Positions 30,750 through 34,667 of a stretch of DNA of 34,667 bases are shown piece after piece. Origin of the DNA: Methanobacteriota archaeon (GTDB lineage Archaea > Thermoplasmatota > Poseidoniia > Poseidoniales > Poseidoniaceae); contig PBSP01000065.1 in NCBI GenBank assembly GCA_002726845.1, positions 1 through 34,667 of the forward strand. Direction: 5' to 3'. Both the position numbers and the translations under genes were made by a program. Numbering within the stretch: the stretch's first letter is position 1; each line of letters opens with the position of its first letter. The notes under the pieces were generated by a model, which had not been told where the DNA came from, did no database searches, and saw only the letters and a program-made list of their open reading frames with translations.

Positions 30750-32765
30750 AGTCCAAATTGAGTCTTTGGTATCATAGGCTATGGACGAACGCTTGGCTTT
30801 TCTTCTTCGATGTTCGTCGTTGAGGACGAAGGTCAATCCGATGGCTAGGCATACAACAGTGATAACCCCAGCATAGGGCATGAAGCCACCGGAAGAACGC
30901 AATGCGTTGAAGGTAGGCGAGTCTTCAACATCAAATTGGGTCGAATATTCAATTTGCAAATCGAGGAGATCAAGAGCACAATCGCACAATGTCACGGTGA
31001 TTCTATCGGGATAAATGGCGGTCTGCAATCGCTTCCATGCTGCATCGTCGATTCCTGCAGGCCGAGTCGACCAGGTTGGTGATGTGAGTGAACCAAACGA
31101 CGTTGTTTCAATCATCGTTGTTTCAATACGGTAAATCGAAGTGGTTGGCTTTTCATCAACCACGAGAAGCGCTTCTAACATCATCAAATCAAGGAGTAAC
31201 GCTCGTGTGGCAACAATGGAAAATTGGACAATGTGTTCATCCAATCCGTCCATTATGCGTCCATCTCGAGCCTCAGAAATTTGGTTAAAGATGAGCTGAT
31301 CCAAGCGAATTTCATCAATTCCATTTACTTGGAGTTGCCATCTTCCGTCGTCTCTCTCATAGGCTGATTCGATTTCCAACCACAGATTCAAACGCTCACT
31401 GTTTCGAATACCGAACGTGGCGCCAACGTGCTCAATCATCGTTGCTTCGGGCGTAGCAGGGCTTGAGACATCCCACAATTGCTGTACTCTCTGCTCCAGA
31501 AGTTGGTCAATGGACCACTCGGATTCGGATTGAATTTCATCAGCCATAGCCCAGAGTGGGTTTACAATACCGCTCAGGATTAAGAGAACGATTGAAGGAA
31601 CCAACAGTGCCATACGCTTGGTTTTTGAGCTAGGGTTACGATACAAGTGAGTCACGAAAAAAATGAGGAATCCGACAACAGGGAATATGTAAAGGCCGCT
31701 GTGTGGTTCAAGTTGTCGTTCTTCTCCCGCTGAGAAATCGAAATATTGAGTTCTGTATTCGACTTTACCTTCAAACTCTGAGGAATCGGTTGGTCCTTTG
31801 CTCTCCACAGCATAAACTCCGCTCCATATGTAAGGTTGGAAACGATCGGTTTGACCGTTCAAACAAAACACGTAGGAACCGGGATCCAGCGCTCTCCAGC
31901 GGTAACTTGTGGTGACCTGATCACCTTCTGCTTTGGTGACGATTTCTGGTGATTGGACTTGGAGACCGTTGGAAGTTCGCAATCGATGAAGCCCGTTACT
32001 CTGCTGCAACTCAAGTGGAACATCCTCCCACTGTATGAGAATTCGAATGATTTCATTCGGTTCAATTTCAAATGACCAGCAATCGGAATCGTCATCGACG
32101 AGGGCTCCGTAGTGTACCTCCTCAAGAGCGGTTGATTTTGGTTGCAGTGCACTCGTCGGCTCGTCCACATCCTTTGCGGCTATGTTTTCCGACCAAGCGA
32201 TGTTCAAGTCGAGGAAGGAGGAACCGCGTAAATGCAATTCCCACGTAGACGGACGGTCGATGGTAAAAACGATTCGAGCCCGAACAACATCGCCTGGCCA
32301 AAGAAGTCTTCCATTATCTAAGTTCAATGGCTCATCAACCCATCGATAACCTGTCTCAGAACCGATTGTGGGCAACTCAGAGCCGCCCGACTCAAGCGTT
32401 GTTACGCTCGAACCGATGATCAGTTTGACCTCCAGTTCAGGCGTGTATACACCTGCTGCGTCACCTTGGACACGCAAGTCGATGATTAATTCATCAAGAA
32501 CATCAGGAAGGACGGCAAGTTCGGTTTGTTCAGGAAACATATCAAATTCAATCGCTACGGATTCTGTGAACAATGGGTTGGCTTGGACAGAACCGGTTAC
32601 AATCTCCTCACCTATTGGAATCGGTGTTAATTGACAAAGATCATCGGAATCGCATGAAAAATAGAGGACAGAGCCTGTTTCTGCATCGGTCAAAGAGGCG
32701 TTGGCTTGAGTCGGTATGGTGCAAAGAAGAGCCACGAGGATTGCCCAACGAAACCCCGATAGCAT
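30738..32765 (-). CDS. hypothetical secreted/multi-pass membrane protein (675 aa)
   Basis: Signal peptide is MLSGFRWAILVALLCTIPTQANA. It is followed by a ~340-aa beta-rich ectodomain, two central TMs (LYIFPVVGFLIFFVTHLY, LLVPSIVLLILSGIVNPLW), a second ~230-aa domain, and a C-terminal TM plus RRRKAKR. No family recognised. Confidence 0.65.
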   Translation of the reverse strand: MLSGFRWAILVALLCTIPTQANASLTDAETGSVLYFSCDSDDLCQLTPIPIGEEIVTGSVQANPLFTESVAIEFDMFPEQTELAVLPDVLDELIIDLRVQGDAAGVYTPELEVKLIIGSSVTTLESGGSELPTIGSETGYRWVDEPLNLDNGRLLWPGDVVRARIVFTIDRPSTWELHLRGSSFLDLNIAWSENIAAKDVDEPTSALQPKSTALEEVHYGALVDDDSDCWSFEIEPNEIIRILIQWEDVPLELQQSNGLHRLRTSNGLQVQSPEIVTKAEGDQVTTSYRWRALDPGSYVFCLNGQTDRFQPYIWSGVYAVESKGPTDSSEFEGKVEYRTQYFDFSAGEERQLEPHSGLYIFPVVGFLIFFVTHLYRNPSSKTKRMALLVPSIVLLILSGIVNPLWAMADEIQSESEWSIDQLLEQRVQQLWDVSSPATPEATMIEHVGATFGIRNSERLNLWLEIESAYERDDGRWQLQVNGIDEIRLDQLIFNQISEARDGRIMDGLDEHIVQFSIVATRALLLDLMMLEALLVVDEKPTTSIYRIETTMIETTSFGSLTSPTWSTRPAGIDDAAWKRLQTAIYPDRITVTLCDCALDLLDLQIEYSTQFDVEDSPTFNALRSSGGFMPYAGVITVVCLAIGLTFVLNDEHRRRKAKRSSIAYDTKDSIWTSVF

Positions 32766-32801
32766 GCGATGACCTCGTCTCTCCGAGTTATGATGCCTTG
32801 T

Positions 32802-33344
32802 TTAGTTTGTTTCCTGTATGTTTGCAACATCGACAAGAGTCGTTGAACACGCCCGACATCTAAAACGGCCGTTTGACCTTCGTTTTCGAGGATATTTCTT
32901 GTTGCAGGTTGTGCAAACCCACAGCCATGTTGCAGAACGCTTTCGCAGGAATTGTGTAAATTCGCGTCCACGTTGGGAGCCTGAAAACGGCCAGTGGCTT
33001 TCCAGCTTACGAAAAGTTGCGTCATGAAATCGATTGCCTAGAGCGTGAAGATATTCATGATACAAAACAAACCGGGCATAATCGTTCCAATCTTCATGCA
33101 ACAAGTGTGGGTGGAGATCGATTGTTTCAACATCCTCAGTTTTCAGTTCAGATGCATTCGCACCTCGACGAAAGCGAGTCACTCCATGACGTTGCGTAGC
33201 GTTTTTTCTGAGCACAGCGAGTGGGATGTCATGGAGCGGATGAATCCGCTCTTCTTCCCAATAATTCATGGTAACCATCTGGTCAATGACCACATGTTTC
33301 AATTGCAACAAAGCATCAGTTTGCATCTTGGATGGTTTGGCCAT
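32802..33344 (-). CDS. SprT-like / zincin metalloprotease with C-terminal zinc ribbon
   Basis: HEYLH (HExxH) is followed by GNRFHDATF (the third His and Phe pattern of SprT/DUF45-type zincins). C-terminal CTTCNKKYPRKRRSNGRFRCRAC forms a C-x2-C...C-x2-C ribbon, as in SprT. Confidence 0.5.
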   Translation of the reverse strand: MAKPSKMQTDALLQLKHVVIDQMVTMNYWEEERIHPLHDIPLAVLRKNATQRHGVTRFRRGANASELKTEDVETIDLHPHLLHEDWNDYARFVLYHEYLHALGNRFHDATFRKLESHWPFSGSQRGREFTQFLRKRSATWLWVCTTCNKKYPRKRRSNGRFRCRACSTTLVDVANIQETN

Positions 33345-33353
33345 GAAAACATC

Positions 33354-33818
33354 TCAACTCCACCGGTGATAAGCAGGGTGCCCCTCCTTCACCGCTACAA
33401 ACAATCCCTTTCCCGTAGCACACAGTTTGTCGTTGGCCTTGAGCTCCATACGAACATGAACGCGATCTTCACCAATTTCTTCAGGATAGGCTTCAACATG
33501 CAATTCAACCCCAAGCGGTGTCGGTCGTCGAAGAGAAACAGAATACGATGCCGTAACGGTGCACGGTGGCTCATCTAGACCGTGTTGGTCCATGAGAGCA
33601 ATGGCTGCAGCCCAATTGCCGTGACAATCAAGTAACGTTCCGATAATTCCTCCGTTCACCATACCGGGAAATGCTTGATGTTCTTCTGACGGTGTGAATT
33701 TCAATTCCAACCCGTTGCCTTTTCGATACGAATCGATTTGCAGTCCTTTTTCATTGGCAGGGCCACAACCAAAACAGATTGACGAAGGGGCATACTGTCG
33801 TTGAACACCCTTATCCAT
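33354..33818 (-). CDS. PaaI-family hotdog-fold thioesterase
   Basis: ICFGCGPANEKGLQIDSY (CF.CG..Np.GL.l.f) and PGMVNGGIIGTLLDCHGNWAA. ATG 33818; GTG 33824 is the alternative. Confidence 0.8.
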   Translation of the reverse strand: MDKGVQRQYAPSSICFGCGPANEKGLQIDSYRKGNGLELKFTPSEEHQAFPGMVNGGIIGTLLDCHGNWAAAIALMDQHGLDEPPCTVTASYSVSLRRPTPLGVELHVEAYPEEIGEDRVHVRMELKANDKLCATGKGLFVAVKEGHPAYHRWS

Positions 33819-33917
33819 GGGCACGCCTTGGTTAAGCGGCCCTTAGAGTATCGCCTCTGGCTTACGCTCATTTGGTCCAAAATCCAAGGCTTTTGGGAGC
33901 CTTTTGTTGTTCGCTGT

Positions 33918-34241
33918 TTATCCTTTGAGTTCGTTCTCCAAGTATGTTACGAAGTGATCCATGTGTTTGCGGTATTTCTTCACAAACGATTCGGGGAGTC
34001 GTGAAATGATTGAACCTCTTAATGCTTTCAGGTTCCGTCCCTTCCAGTAGCCTTGCAGTTCACCAAACATTCTCAAGTTCATCAGTTGTTCGCCGAATGA
34101 ATTCTTGCAGCAACGTTTGGTGGTTTTGTTGCTTTTGGAATTGAACTTGACCTGTTTTTTTGTTGTTTGGTCGTAGTTCATTTTGCTGTTTCTTCTCCCT
34201 GTCCGTTTCTTTCTTCCTTTGTTTTTACGATTGTTGTTCAT
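33918..34241 (-). CDS. hypothetical small protein with extremely basic Lys/Arg/Asn-rich N-terminal tail
   Basis: 107 aa. MNNNRKNKGRKKRTGRRNSKMNYDQTTKKQVKFNSKSNKTTKR is followed by a ~60-aa probably helical domain. A TTATTCGAAA box lies 20 nt upstream of the ATG. Confidence 0.5.
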   Translation of the reverse strand: MNNNRKNKGRKKRTGRRNSKMNYDQTTKKQVKFNSKSNKTTKRCCKNSFGEQLMNLRMFGELQGYWKGRNLKALRGSIISRLPESFVKKYRKHMDHFVTYLENELKG

Positions 34242-34261
34242 GCTTTTCTTTCCTCAATTGC

Positions 34262-34271
34262 TTTCGAATAA
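34262..34271 (-). promoter_or_regulatory. TTATTCGAAA box upstream of the basic-protein gene
   Basis: Lies 20 nt upstream of ATG 34241. Confidence 0.25.
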
Positions 34272-34369
34272 TGTCGGGCGTTTCCGCCAAACACTCATCT
34301 TTCTATTCGCAAATTACGAGGCCGCTAGAACATAGGAAATCCCACAGGGGTTAAAATCCGTCTTCGAGA

Positions 34370-34667
34370 CTATATATACTCTGCGACGGAGGTCCCTTTC
34401 TGGCACATCAAGGCTCGCTTTTCAGCCTTTGCTCTTTCGTAACCGTGCCGGGTTGGACACAGCGATTGTACATTGCAGTGCATACAGGACTGATACGAAT
34501 CAGCCAGAGGTACTTTACTCAAGTCATTGTGTTTTCCAACCGAATAAAAAGCATTCATCATGTGCTTGATGTCCTGGTCTACGATGCCCATTGCTTGATG
34601 CTTTTGAGTTGGATTCGGTACGATCTTACGGCAGGACCAAGCCCTTTTGCTGAGATGAAAGAAGACA
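34370..34667 (-). CDS. hypothetical protein, C-terminal fragment (gene probably continues beyond the right edge); carries a C-x2-C-x5-C cysteine motif
   Basis: The track lists a 73-aa ORF from ATG 34591. I find the same frame stays open upstream to the window edge (VFFHLSKRAWSCRKIVPNPTQKHQA-MGIVDQDIKH...). SCMHCNVQSLC is C-x2-C-x5-C, the spacing used by Cas4/AddB/Dna2-type Fe-S nucleases. Whether the gene starts at 34591 or outside the window cannot be decided. Confidence 0.3.
   Translation of the reverse strand, partial: VFFHLSKRAWSCRKIVPNPTQKHQAMGIVDQDIKHMMNAFYSVGKHNDLSKVPLADSYQSCMHCNVQSLCPTRHGYERAKAEKRALMCQKGTSVAEYI

Noticed and set aside
33045-33578. 177-aa plus-strand ORF across the SprT-like and thioesterase genes
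   Set aside because: It spans two motif-bearing minus-strand genes, so it is a shadow ORF.
34100-34260. AT-rich patch as evidence of horizontally acquired DNA or an integration junction
   Set aside because: The GC drop coincides exactly with the Lys/Asn-rich coding tail (AAA/AAG/AAT codons). I found no flanking direct repeats, tRNA or integrase. The composition is explained by the encoded peptide.

Overview
This is a gene-dense chromosomal segment: about 96% coding by my tally, with roughly 1.4 kb non-coding. It is clearly archaeal. It carries ABCE1, ribosomal protein L10e/uL16, a multi-OB zinc-finger RPA with an RPA32-like partner, Hel308/Hjm helicase, a probable Cgi121 (KEOPS), a class-III-signal-peptide pilin, geranylgeranyl reductase and a polyprenyl synthase. 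Interspersed are a bacterial-type MutS1-MutL mismatch-repair pair, AroA, MoaA, TldD/PmbA, a small Tad/Epd-like type IV filament module (ATPase plus two single-domain platform genes), a SprT-like metalloprotease, a hotdog thioesterase and about ten proteins I cannot place. I count 31 protein-coding genes. Two are partial at the window edges and are not reported as such in the ORF track. I found no rRNA, tRNA, CRISPR array, transposase or integrase, and no intergenic gap exceeds 171 nt. Content and streamlining fit a marine planktonic Thermoplasmatota/Poseidoniales-like euryarchaeon, but that is a guess. I see no obvious defence island or mobile element, so the hunt results are modest. The best candidates for undescribed biology are listed below.

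- The co-directional block rpa / rpa32-like / 117-aa orphan / split-platform Tad-like machinery (18276-23899).
- A divergent pair of all-helical proteins, one with three tandem SAP/HeH motifs (15739-18282).
- A HemC-fold protein that appears to have lost every catalytic residue (14678-15760).
- An ABCE1 with six instead of eight Fe-S cysteines.
- A canonical PIP box in the horizontally derived MutS.
- A recurrent TTAATC(GAAA) box upstream of start codons.

All product calls rest on motif recognition from memory. No similarity search, structure prediction or statistics could be run.
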